Positions 1 through 12,900 of a stretch of 64,000 nucleotides of DNA are shown piece after piece. The DNA lies in contig OZ037767.1 of the NCBI GenBank assembly GCA_964035545.1, forward strand, positions 879,680 to 943,679. Direction: 5' to 3'. Under the pieces are notes generated by a model. That model was given only the letters and a program-made list of their open reading frames with translations, was not told the origin of the DNA and did not search any database. The position numbers and the translations under genes were made by a program. Source of the DNA: Bugula neritina. Taxonomy: Eukaryota; Animalia; Bryozoa. Each line of letters begins with the position of its first letter. Within the stretch, counting starts at the first letter, position 1.

Positions 1-330
1 AGTTTACTTAATATGCAACCTCTGCAGACTGTTAAATCTAGCAGCAGCAGCAGCAGCAGCGTAATGTCATCCTAAATGTCAGGTGACTCTGCATGTGCAG
101 ATAGTACATTCTGGCCACATTTCACGTGGTTACACACCTACGACTCTATATTGTGTCAGTACTCCTCCACTTATTGTAACTTGCTAGTAGTACTCGACGT
201 GCCTGCTGTTTATATTAGGTAATAGATTGATCGTATTGTGTAGCTTTTCAACTGGACAAAGGAAAGGGATGGGCGGCTGCTGATAAAGTTGTTGGGTTTG
301 TTTGAAGGCCTAGTAATTCATGTGTTTAGT

Positions 331-660
331 TTACTACTAGTCACTATTCTACTAGTCACTACTCTACTAGTCATTGTTAGTCACTACTCTACTAGTCACT
401 GTTAGTCACTACTCTACTAGTCACTATTCTACTAGTCACTACTCTACTAGTCACTGTTAGTCACTACTCTACTAGTCACTACGCTACTAGTCACTACTCT
501 ACTAGTCACTACTCTACTAGTCACTACTCTACTAGTCACTACTCTACTAGTCACTACCCTACTAGTCACTACTCTACTAGTCACTACCCTACTAGTCACT
601 ACTCTACTAGTCACTACTCTACTAGTCACTACTCTACTAGTCACTACGCTACTAGTCACT
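331..660. repeat. 15-bp tandem repeat (CTACTAGTCACTACT)n
   Basis: Directly visible; source of the spurious SRVVT ORF. Confidence 0.95.
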
Positions 661-940
661 CTGTACAGTCACTCTGTACTCCCTGAGTAAATATATAATA
701 TAGACAAGCACATGAGTTTCATATTAGCCATACTGGTCGGTATATTATACTGTGTACCTCCCCACTGCGTGCTTCCATTGTATGCTGACTTTGTATGCTG
801 ACTTTGTACTGTCTATGAGTCAGCAGCAGCATGTTTCATATTCTTCAGAAGACACCCGAAGACCGCAATGACAGCTGAATCAAAGTTACACCATCACATT
901 ATGTAGAGTCAGCAATCTGCCAGTCAGCTTCGAGGTGGCC

Positions 941-3900
941 ATGGATTACAGCATGATGCCACCTCCACCCAGCTCAACCTGCTCTGGCAGCGTAGTGGCA
1001 GCAGGGCCAGTCTCTGCTGACTTCAGTGGGGGAGGAGGTGCTCCTCTCTACTCTGAGCCCTCACAGAGTCAGTTGTTCAGTGGGGAGCAGCAAACTACTC
1101 CCGGAGTCAACCAGCCCCCACAACACCAGCAGTATAAGGTAAGTACGTTAGAGTAAGTACGCAACACCAGCAGTATAAGGTAAGTACGTTAGAGTAAGTA
1201 CGCAACACCAGCAGTATAAGGTAAGTACGTTAGAGTAAGTACGCAACACCAGCAGTATAAGGTAAGTATGTTAGAGTAAGTACGCTACACCAGCAGTATA
1301 AGGTAAGTATGTTAGAGTAAGTACGCAACACCAGCAGTATAAGGTAAGTGCATTAGAGTAAGTATATTTGCCTGTTATTGTCAACTTAGTAGTTGTTTTC
1401 TCTTCTGCAGCCACATTTCTCAGGGAGAGCCAATGTGAACAGACCACCACCTCTCAGCCTACACCAGACCTACTACAGGGATATCTCCACATCCTCGTTG
1501 GCCCACTCGGCACACTACCACGCCGAGCAGAGCCCCCACTGCATGCCCGCCAGCCCCCACCATGTGGCCCACAGTCCTCACGTAGCCCACAGTCCCCATG
1601 TCGATCAAAGTCCGAGGGGTATAGCTCACAGTCCTCACCTGTCACAGAACGCACACATTCTGCACAGACAGACTTCGGGCTCACATCTGGTTCAGAGTCC
1701 GCACTTAGCCCACAGTCCTCATCTCAACAGCTTCCAGCCGGGCAGCGACATGAGCCCCAGACCCACTCCAGGTGAGATCTTAGTTTGCCTTTCGGTTGAC
1801 TTAGAGCTTTGGAGCTTTAGTTACGTTGTGACAGTGTAGCATTTTACTTCGGGAAGGGGGGTACAGGGGTACTATTCTCACTCTAGTGTCAGTTACTCTA
1901 GTCATCAGTTACTATAGTGTCAGTCAGTGTAAGTATAGTCAGTTACTTACAGCTTCAACTACACCAACTCGGCTAGTAATTCACTGCATTTGATGCCATC
2001 TACCCAAAATAAAAGCCAACAGTTGGGCTTCTTTGTTGTAAATAATTGACCTTTTGTTTGGATAATGGAAATGGTGATGGAATATGACAGTTTAACCTTA
2101 GATAACTGCGACTACAGCTGATGGCACTACTACTACTAGTACTAGTATGTCTGCTGCAGCAGACTACGCTATCTTCTGCTATAAACTGAGTTTATCTGCT
2201 AACATGTCTTTGTTGTATCTGCAGCCCACATGCAGGCGAATATATACTCAGAGAGGAAGCACAGCCCTCTGTCTCACACTGGATCCGTCACTTCTGCCTA
2301 CGACTCCATACCATCTCCGATCAATCCTCACAAGCACCGCCATTACAGCGAATCCTCCGCCTCTCCCCACCACTACAACGTGCACCCCGCCTCCACCACG
2401 CCTGTCCACATGTTCAACAACGCACCAAACCCTTCACCTCACCATTTCTCTGCCGATCCAAATCCTTCCCCGCACCACTTTGGTGAGCCCGTGCCCTCGC
2501 CACACCACTTCAATGATCCCAACCCCTCTCCATACAATGACGGGGGACCCCACCGGGCAACCTACATCGATACGTCTCAACCTGGTACTCCAGCTACAGT
2601 CTACAGTCATCCAGGTACGTGACTCTGTACACTACTCTATATACTCTCTCTCTGTACTCTCTGTATTCTCTCTGTACTCTCTCTCTCTGTATACTCTACT
2701 CTGTATACTCTACTCTGTATACTCTCTGTACTCTCTCACTCTCTCTGTACTCTCTCTGTACTCTCTCTCTGTACTCTCTCTCTATATACTCTCTCTGTAT
2801 ACTCTCTCACTCTCTCACTCACACACTCACTCACACACTCACTCACTCACTCACTCACTCACTCACTCACTGCGTGATACTAGTAATGATAAACTTCTGA
2901 TACTGACTCCAAGTTTCATTGATTTTATAAAATGTCAATCAGATTGCATAATTGACAGTTTTTACTTGCTATGCATAAATTAACTGTTGCCAGCTTCTCT
3001 ACTATACAATCAACTAAATATACGCCAAGTTGTGCTCTCCTGTGTTGGGTTTGGGGATATCAAGTTTCCAAAACCTTTCCTTTTGTTATGCTCGCTCTTG
3101 GGCCCTTAAATCATGCCTTTTGTAATTCTGTGTACATTTTTGCCTTCTCTTCTTGTTCAGTATTACATCTTTTGATTTTCTACCACAAAGAATAAGACAA
3201 TGGGAGATGTCCTTCAAATATATAACATGTGTTGCAGAGTCTGGGCTAGTGCAATGCTTCTGTAAGAGACATGTTGACCATGTAATAGTTTCTTCTCCCT
3301 GGAGGTTTCGTATTATCTCCCTGAATTAAGCTGAAGAAAGAGTATCTTTCCAACCATCGTAAAATTTCCTTTCCACTCTGCTGAACTATTTACTTATTGT
3401 AATATTTATTAGATGTAATTTTATCAATTAGCTTAGTGATGGAAGTTGCAACTTATTTCAAACTTCTTCTCTAACTCCTCAAGGTCACCTCTTCGAAATT
3501 GTGCAGCAAATTCTTCACCTATGTTTTATGATGTCACTAGAGGAAGACTTTCCCTTTTTGTGTAATTTATCATCATAAAATCTTCACACACAATGCTTGT
3601 GCCACGGCTATAGTGTTACACTGGATATTGCAACAATGTCCAGATGGCTTCTGAGGGACATGGGTGTGGTGTGGTGGTAGTATCAGTCATGTTATATGTT
3701 CCAATCACTAGGTATGTGACACCTTAATCATCTCCTTTCTGTTTCTCCCTCCCTCTCACGTCATCTACCTGCCTCACCACTTTCTCGGTCATCAACACAC
3801 GGCATTACCACTACACATTACCACTACGCACTACCACTACACACTACCACTACACACTACCACTACACACTACCACTACACATTACCACTACACATTACC

Positions 3901-6900
3901 ACTACACACTACCACTACACACTACCACTACACATTACCACTAAACACTTTATTATGCTTTTACTAGAGCCTCAAATTTTGTAAAAGAATTATCAGTTTG
4001 TTGGAAAATATATGAGATGTAACTTGAAGTTTTATTTGAAAACCATCCAAGCTTCACTTTGAAGTTATATTGTACAATTGATAACATCTATCAACATAAC
4101 TTTAAGATTTCCCCCATACATTTTTGAGGTCGAGAAATTCTTAGTTCAGTTTTCTGAATATTATCTCTCCCTTTATAATTCTTATAAATGCCGAAGTAAT
4201 TATTTGCTGTTTATATGTGACAGCTTACGATGTGCCCTCCATATTAGTAACTTCAGGTTAAACATCCAGGTAATCCTCACAGCTTTTAACTTGTGATTCA
4301 TGTTGAAGGGAAATGTGATTGCCATTTGATACTCCTTTCTGGTTACATACTTGGTTCTGAGACGACATGGTAGATCTCAATGGCTTTGTAGATCTCAATG
4401 TGTTAGTTGTGTTTCCTACTTTATTATAAAGTCTGCTATAGTTATTTATTATATTGAATGATATAGTTAAGTATTATAATAACTGGTATAGTTATATATT
4501 ATATTAAATAATATATTGTTTTATTATATTAAATGATATAGTTGATGTTGAGAGCATCTGTAATACAGTTGCAAATATTGAATAACATTATGAATATGAT
4601 TGTGTCAAATACAACCCATAATGAGATGGTTTACCACTCCAGTTGTGTAATGCTAGTGTTATATTACTGATGTGTTTTGAGTTATATTATCTTTGTGTTA
4701 TGTGTTGGTTTATTCATAACCAATGTTTTAGACATACTGCTAGGGGGGTACTGTGGTAAGAGGTTATTCCATATACTGACTGATGTGAACTGTGTGTATA
4801 TGAACTCCTGCAAATTCTTGCTGTCAGACTTGCATTTATATTTTACTTTTTCAATTTACTGTTGAAACATGAAATGAAGTTCACTCTGGCATTTAGTTAA
4901 TCTACTAATGTTTACTGGCCCGGCCACCACCTCTACTGGCCCGGCCACCATCTCTACTGGCCCGGCCACCACCTCTACTGGCCCGGCCACCATCTCTACT
5001 GGCCAGGCCACCACTTCTACTGGCCTGGCCACCACCTCTACTGGCCCGGTCAGCTACTTTGACTTTCTATGTTATAATCTCATGGGCGCTTATGCTACTG
5101 CTCACCGAGTCTCCTATGTTCTGCTTCCAGGAACCCCTGCAGGTTACGTGGACTCCCCGCACCCCCACTCTTCTCCCCACCCCACCAGACAACCCTACCA
5201 GCACTTCTTTGGACCTAACGTGCCCCTCCCACTGCCCAACGGCTCCACCCACCCTGCTGACGCTGTCTCGCTCGACGTGACCAACAATGGCAATCAGTTT
5301 AACCACCAAGTGGCGGAGAAGGTGAGTAGAACTAGCAGCACTTCTAGTTAGTGTAGACTGAGTAGAGAGTAGACTGAGTAGAGAGTAGACTGAGTAGAGA
5401 GTAGACTGAGTAGAGAGTAGACTGAGTAGAGAGACTGTAGGCTGAGTAGAGAGTAGACTGAGTAGAGAGTAGACTGAGTAGAGAGTAGACCGAGTAGAGA
5501 GTAGACTGAGTAGAGAGTAGACTGAGTAGAGAGCAGACTGAGTAGAGAGTGGACTGAGTAGAGAGTGGACTGAGTAGAGAGTAGACTGAGTAGAGAGTAG
5601 ACTGAGTAGAGAGTAGACTGAGTAGAGAGTAGACTGAGTAGAGAGTAGACTGAGTGGAGAGTAGACTGAGTGGAGAGTAGACTGAGTAGAGAGTAGACTG
5701 AGTAGAGAGTAGACTGAGTAGAGAGTAGACTGAGTAGAGAGTAGACTGAGTAGAGAGTAGACTGAGTAGAGAGTAGACTGAGTAGAGAGAGTAGAGAGTA
5801 GACTGAGTAGAGAGTAGACTGAGTAGAGAGTAGACTGAGTAGAGAGTAGACTGAGTAGAGAGTAGACAGAGTAGAGAGTAGACTGAGTAGAGAGTAGACT
5901 GAGTAGAGAGTAGACTGAGTAGAGAGTAGACTGAGTAGAGAGTAGACAGAGTAGAGAGTAGACTGAGTAGAGAGTAGACTGAGTAGAGAGTAGACAGAGT
6001 AGAGAGTAGACTGAGTAGAGAGTAGACTGAGTAGAGAGTAGACTGAGTAGAGAGACAGTGCATCTCTATGTTGTAGCACCACAACACCGCCATGCTGCAC
6101 TCTAACCCGGGTGGACAGGGAGACGCCATGCTGAGTGTACTCAATCTGAACCCCTCCGAGTCAGAACACGTCAACATCCAGGTGAGTGACTTTATCCGCT
6201 CCGTGAGAAAGTCAGGTAGACTCCGGGAACAAATAGTAATTACTGTTGTTCTACCAGAAACTTTCAAATTAAAATTTAAACCTAGCAGTTTGACGATACT
6301 GCGTAGTCGTGAATTTTTCTGTCACAACTATGCGATACCAGCACCTCACTTTGCGTGTCAAGTTGAGAGTTTAAAACACGAGTTAAAATAATGTGTACTT
6401 TATAGAGGAGATGATGGTACTAGGTCTAACAGCAGATTTAGCCTCAGGTCTAACCTCAGATTCAGGGGGTCTCTCTCACCGCTCCGTCAACTTACACTCA
6501 AAACTCTTGGTTTAATCCACTAATCCATTTGACACAAAAACATGTTTTTGCAGCCAACATTATGAAATCAATTACAATAAATATGGAGATTAATCGGCCA
6601 TGATTTCTTCTGCGACTGAAAGTCTTGTCTCTTAAAATTTGACAAACCTGCACCTCCTTATTTTTTCTCGGCTCATCTTTTAGTCGCTAGAGTTGTACTT
6701 ATTGAGAAGTGGAACTTTTGCTTCACTGACATTCACTCTCACTTTACTGGTAAATTCAACCCACAAAGTTGTTAGATGCAATCCACAGAAATTTTAGATT
6801 CAATTTATATAGATTAAATGTCTTAGAGTTTACTTTGAAATACAATTACATATTATCAACTCAAGGTGAATTTTTTAACTCACATTTCTCATAAAAGTTT

Positions 6901-9900
6901 AAAATGCTAACACTAGTGAAAGTTGTATAATTCAAAGGCCTTTAACCTCCTGACCCTGTAACAAATATTTAATGACAAGTAATTAATTTCCTGATAATAC
7001 TTCAGCTTAAGAATCAAGTCAGGCGGTTTTTTGCCTTTCTTTGAAGAAGTATTTTGTGATATTATGCAATAGAAACCTGCATATTCATCAATTCGTGTAA
7101 CTTCGGTCGCAGATTGTCATTTCATGAGAATAACAATTTTTTGCTTGTATAAATAATAGTTGTTAAATTCAGTAAATAATATACTGAAGAAGATTTGCAT
7201 AAAATATTTTGCATTAAAATATTGAGGGGAGCCTCGCGACTGGCTCCACCCCTGCTTAGTCGAAGCACACTGGCTCCACCCCTGCTAAATTGAAGTCTCC
7301 TGTAGTCATGGAGTTATAAACCTGAACTGTAAATCATGAAAAGTTTTGCTTTGAAATCTGGTTTGATTCTATCACAAAAACACTGGTAGACTTTACATTT
7401 CACTAACTAACTTCTACATACTCTCTCCACTGAAGTTTGTTTCACTCCCAAGTGGTGTGAATTATAGGACAGAACACTCAACATGTAACTCTACATTGAC
7501 ATTAGCAGTTATCCTCCCCTGGCACTGTATGCGTGTAGTACTGCCTCTCATGTGTTATATAGTAGAGTTAAAGCTATAACCACATTCCACCGAGTGTGAC
7601 GTCACAGTGTTGCTTTACAGGAAGTGCAGGCAGCACACGCAGACGGCACTGCAATGGAAACCGACTGGACCACTTCCCACCAGAAGCTCAAGTCCAGCTC
7701 CTCCTCCTCCAGTTTCAACCTGTTTGACGGCAGCGGCAGCGGACCCGGAGTTGATGAGCTGCTTTCTCAGGCTACAGACTTCATAGCTAATCCGACCAAC
7801 CTAACTCTGTCTGATAGTGAGTACTCTGTATAGTATAGTATATAGTACTCTGTCTGATAGTGAGTATATAGTACTCTGTCTGATAGTGAGTATATAGTAC
7901 TCTGACTGATAGTGAGTATATAGTACTCTGACTGATAGTGAGTATATAGTACTCTAGTATAGTATAGAGTACTGATAGTGAGTATAGTATAGAGTACTAA
8001 TAGTGAGTATAGTATAGAGTACTGATAGTGAGTACCTTGGGTTGGTGGGTGGTTACCTTAACAGTGGAGTGATAAATACCAATACCATTGAAAATCTATA
8101 AATCATCATTCCTCTATGGCCCAATATCATCAATTAGCCATTATGGTGAGGAGCGTAGCTTCATATATTTTTGTAGAATTTTGGATTTTTTGCTTGTAAA
8201 GCTGCAGCTTAGTGTTGTTAGTGATTAATGTTGCAGTAGTGGAGGTTATGTTCTCATATCTGGCTATTTGATAGGGCATGTGCCCTCTTATATCCCACGT
8301 ACAGTAAATACTAACCAGCTAATTCTCTTATTATAAGTCTAAATATTAACATTTGTCTATTGAATAATCTTGGAGTTATCTACTCTATAGTTTGTGTGAG
8401 GCATGAGAGAATAACTCAATTTAGTGATGTGGCAATACCATAAACATAATATTACATATTAGTAAAACATGGTGTTAAAAGGTTAGTATTTGGAGTTGTC
8501 TATTCTATAGTGTGTGAGCAAATAACTCCTTGAAAGTTTCACTTATTGATAGTCGAATGATATTTAGAGTTATGTTCTCTGCTATTTGTGCACCAAAGAG
8601 TAAACAGGCTAACATTTCAAAAACAAGAAGCAAATATTGGAGTGTGAAAGGGATAAACCGGAATCTGTATCTTGGTACAACAGTTTCTTTAAAACGTTTG
8701 TTGATCCAGAAGAACTTTGATGGAATTATTTAGATTTAGTAAACCGGGTTTCCTGGCACACTTCATTTATACTGTTATATAATATGATTCATATATATTT
8801 TAAGTATCATCTACAGACTGTTTAAGGGTTATATGCTCAAATATTTTGTTTTATAATAAGTTTTGTGCAATCATGTGATGAGTTAATCTGTGATTCTAAT
8901 GTCCTGCTGATGACGTCTCTATTTGCACTATCAACTTAATACTCTGTATACTCTACTCTGTATACTCTGTATACTCTATATACTCTGTATACTCTGTATA
9001 CTCTGTATACTCTACTCTGTATACTCTACTCTGTATACTCTACTCTGTATACTCTACTCTGTATACTCTACCTATGTGTTGCCGATATACACACACACAC
9101 TAAATACTCAAAGTTGAGGTACTATCAGTTTGTGGTCAGTCTGAATGAGTCTGAAGAGGTGACAAAGTGGGTCATGCTAAACTAAGCTGGCTGTTTCCAG
9201 TTTCTCCTTCTACTAGTGGTTAGCCAGTGTTCAGTTGTCTTCTCTCTCCAGTCAGTATTCCGGCTGAATGTCTGCCAGTGAGACTTGAAACTCCTTTTTT
9301 CATCTCATGTTAGAATTATCTTCTCATCATTAGATGAGAAACCTGTGTATTGTCAAAGTTGTTTTCTCTTTGATCAAACTTGAAGAATTCTGATTTACAA
9401 TAATAAAACCAGCCAATGAAGCACCAGCTTCTATATTACGCTGACCAATAATTTTCAGAGTGGAGACAACTGATCCCCAATACAGCTATTCCAATATGAA
9501 ATCTTGTGTCAGAAAGTCGTGAAATATGCTTGTGAAAAGTAAATCACTTTGATAGCATCCAGTGAAATACACTGTACTGTAGCCTGTAGATAAATAAGGC
9601 CCACAGCTCCAATTAGCTGAGATTGAACTCTGACACACCCCTCCTCACTCAACACTTCGTTTTGATTTATAGACAAAATCATCATGGACATGAGATATTC
9701 ATGTTCATCCTCCAAGGCATTTCTTGGAAATTTGCGTTGTGATTAGAGTGAGCCTTTCCGCTAAACGCCACCCCTTGATATAGCCTCTGGGAATAGCGTG
9801 TTTGACTGTCATTGGTGCACGCGCTTATTGCTACCCTGTAACCTAATAAAATATTTTAACAACTGCCGCCGTCATTTCTCATCGCAGTTGTTGATGACTG

Positions 9901-12900
9901 ACTCAAGGCTGGTATATAAATAGCAGACGGTACGTGACCTGCGCGCTATACACGCGCTGCGGATGTCGACTGTAGTGATTCCGTTTCACTGGCGAGGCAT
10001 TTGCCAGGGTCCGCCGTATTGGTTGATCAAGGGATGAGGCAACAACACAACAATACTAGGCACTGCTAAGCACTCACTACGTGCTCGATATAACCAGGGT
10101 TCCGTTTACGCTCAAACGGATGAAAGTTGCCGAGGTGTGCGAGTAACCAGCCCACCGCGATTGTAGAACTGCGTAGGCGTGACCGCATCTTGTGTACTGT
10201 TTGCTCAAGTCGCACAGTTGCATTCCTTTCATTGTACGCCAGCATTAGGCAACACCGAGCAAGCTGATTTGAATGAACTGCCGATATCGAAACTCTCAAC
10301 AGTTTAATTATTGCCTCGCTGACGTCAAGGATTACACAAGAATACACACTGAAGCTGGTAACCAAGCCTGAAGATTACAGTTGGACACTTGAGGAAATTT
10401 TGTGATTGAGAAAAAATGTTGAAAAACACATTTTGATTTTGAGAAGCTGGGATATCAACATGAGTGGTCTTGGGTTGTAGCTTTATATTCGTAGTCTTGT
10501 GTTTTTTTTCCTAACAAATATGGATTTATCTATGAAAACGTGGAGATCACGTTATAACCAGAGTGTTGAGACGCAGCCATCTCTCGATCTCTCAGGTAAA
10601 CCAACAGAAGTTAGTTGATTGTTAAAGTTAGTTAGTTTAATTTAACCTCGTGTCATTTTGATTTTAATTATTAGTAATTATTTTATCCAGTATAGAATAA
10701 TTTGGTATTTGAAAGTATGTATTAATAATAATGTATTCGTGACAATTCAGCAGTATTCATTCTGTTATTAGTAATTAGTGTACTGTATCTGAATATAAAG
10801 TCCTTACAGTTACTTGTGTTTGTTATCTGAGCCATGGGGTTCTAAGAGTATCTAACATGTTGATTATGAGCAGCGTGACTGTCTACAGTTTAGTCATGTG
10901 ACTGTCTACAGTATAGTCATGTGACTGTAGACAGTATAGTCATGTGACTGTAGACAGTATAGTCATGTGACTGTAGACAGTATAGTCATGTGACTGTACT
11001 GTAGACAGTAGTCATGTGACTGTAGACAGTATAGTCATGTGACTGTAGACAGTAGTCATGTGACTGTAGACAGTATAGTCATGTGACTGCAGACAGTATA
11101 GTCATGCGACTGTCTACAGTATAGTCATGTGACTGTAGACAGTTTAGTCATGTGACTGTCTACAGTATAGTCATGTGACTGTCTACAAGAGGTGCACTGG
11201 AACAAGGGGTGCATTGGGTGGGTGGGTATATTATGATAGGCTTCTCACTTCTCACAAGTGATGATATACAGTAGGTTGTTTACTATCTAGTAAATTTAAT
11301 ATAATTACAAATAATTCACCATCTGTTAGTATGGTGTGGCTGAATGAAAAAATATTTTATCACAGAAACTGGATCATCTGCTCTTTATTGATTAACTCTT
11401 GGCTGCAGGAGATACGTTTCACCAAATAGTGTTGTTGTTTAAGGATAGTTGGGTGAGATATCTAGTGGTGATACTTCTCCCATTCTCATGTTTCCAGCAG
11501 TGCAGGGGTGTGGCTGATATTACCCAGAGAATAGTATTTTGCCCAGGGCATTCATTTCTTCCCTCCACTCAGGGAATTTACTTGCCTTGCCAAGTCATGT
11601 GAAGTGAGATCATGTGAAGACCCAGCCTCTCTCAGTTCACAGTTACTCCAGTCTCTTGGTAACCGGCCAAATGAAGCATTATGTAATGCTAATTGTTGTT
11701 ATTCTATGGTCTTACTAAATACACCACCTTCTAGTTCCTTCTATACTCTTGCCATGTGTCATCAAACCTGAGCACTAAACATTCCTGCACCAGTAGCTAG
11801 CTTCCCCATCTTTGTGGAATCAGGTTGTATAGCACATGTTATGGAGCACAGGCTATAGGGTACAGGTTCTACTACTATTGCTAGCATTACACTCAACTGC
11901 AAATACTTGAAATTCTTCTCTCCCAGTCCCTTAGTTCAACAACTAACTACAGTGACTAGTAACTACATTGAGTGACTACAGTGACTAGTGACTACAGTGA
12001 GTGACTACAGTGACTAGTAGCTACAGTGAGTGACTACAGTGACTACACCAACTACAGTGACTAGTAACATCTCAACTGTGGGTGTTTTTTAAATGACTAC
12101 ACTTTGTTGATAATTTGAACAATTTACTGTAAAGTATGCCAATAGTATCAGTTAAATGGAAATATGCATTTGTTGAGTTGTGGTGTGAGAGGAAGTTGGA
12201 GTGAGTAGATGGGGGGGGGGGGGGAGGGGGGCTGATGCCATCCTGACTTGCTGCATTATATAACATGATTTGTTGGAAAAATATTAACTTATTCTACTAA
12301 AAATCCAAGTTATAAAGTAACGAGTCAAGCAATAATTGTATAGTAGGGTGAGTAGCAGCTGAAATGAGCTCACACCTGCCTGCAGTTGTCATAGTTTTCA
12401 GTACATGTGCACTGACACTCTTCCAGTCTACACTGACACCTGCTAGCACCTGCTGACACTTTGAGTACAGGAAAGACACTGACACCTCCATCAGCCTTCG
12501 ATAGATTGCACCATTGATAATTAGTGTTACATAATATCAGCAAATGAAAAATACTCACCTGATTTGTGCAGTGGAGACTGAGAAATAAACCAGATTTGGT
12601 TGAGGATTGCATAAAACTAATGGCTACAAGGACTTGAGTGGGGAGTTACTCTTCTACAGTTTGGCTAATCTATTTCATATATAGCAAACTTCTATATGGC
12701 CTCAGTATTGAGCTGTTTCTACCAGCCAGTAAGTTTCTCAGCCAGGAAAACTAAAAACTTGATATAGAAATTTGATAGAATTATAGGACATCTAGGAGCA
12801 ATGATGTTATATAAAGCAATGCCGTTATAGCGATATAATGAGTGGTCACTGCTGAGTGGAAATGAAATCTTTTTGAAGGGTGAGCTGCCCAGCTGCCAGC

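Noticed and set aside
447-659. ORF of SRVVT repeats and similar low-complexity ORFs (5344-6267, 13038-13421, 15953-16562, 36581-37062, 43633-44485, 62949-63325)
   Set aside because: They are translations of non-coding tandem repeats, lie in introns or flanks, and have no splice or domain support.
2880-4400. Possible decayed transposase or retroelement in intron 3
   Set aside because: The frames I translated are interrupted and show no diagnostic motif; this needs a BLASTx search.
7225-7290. Duplicated GGCTCCACCCCTG resembling a MITE terminus
   Set aside because: No matching opposite TIR with a TSD was found.
10066-10365. 99-aa minus-strand ORF
   Set aside because: Non-ATG start, no recognisable domain; better explained as the GC-richer leader of the putative alternative exon.
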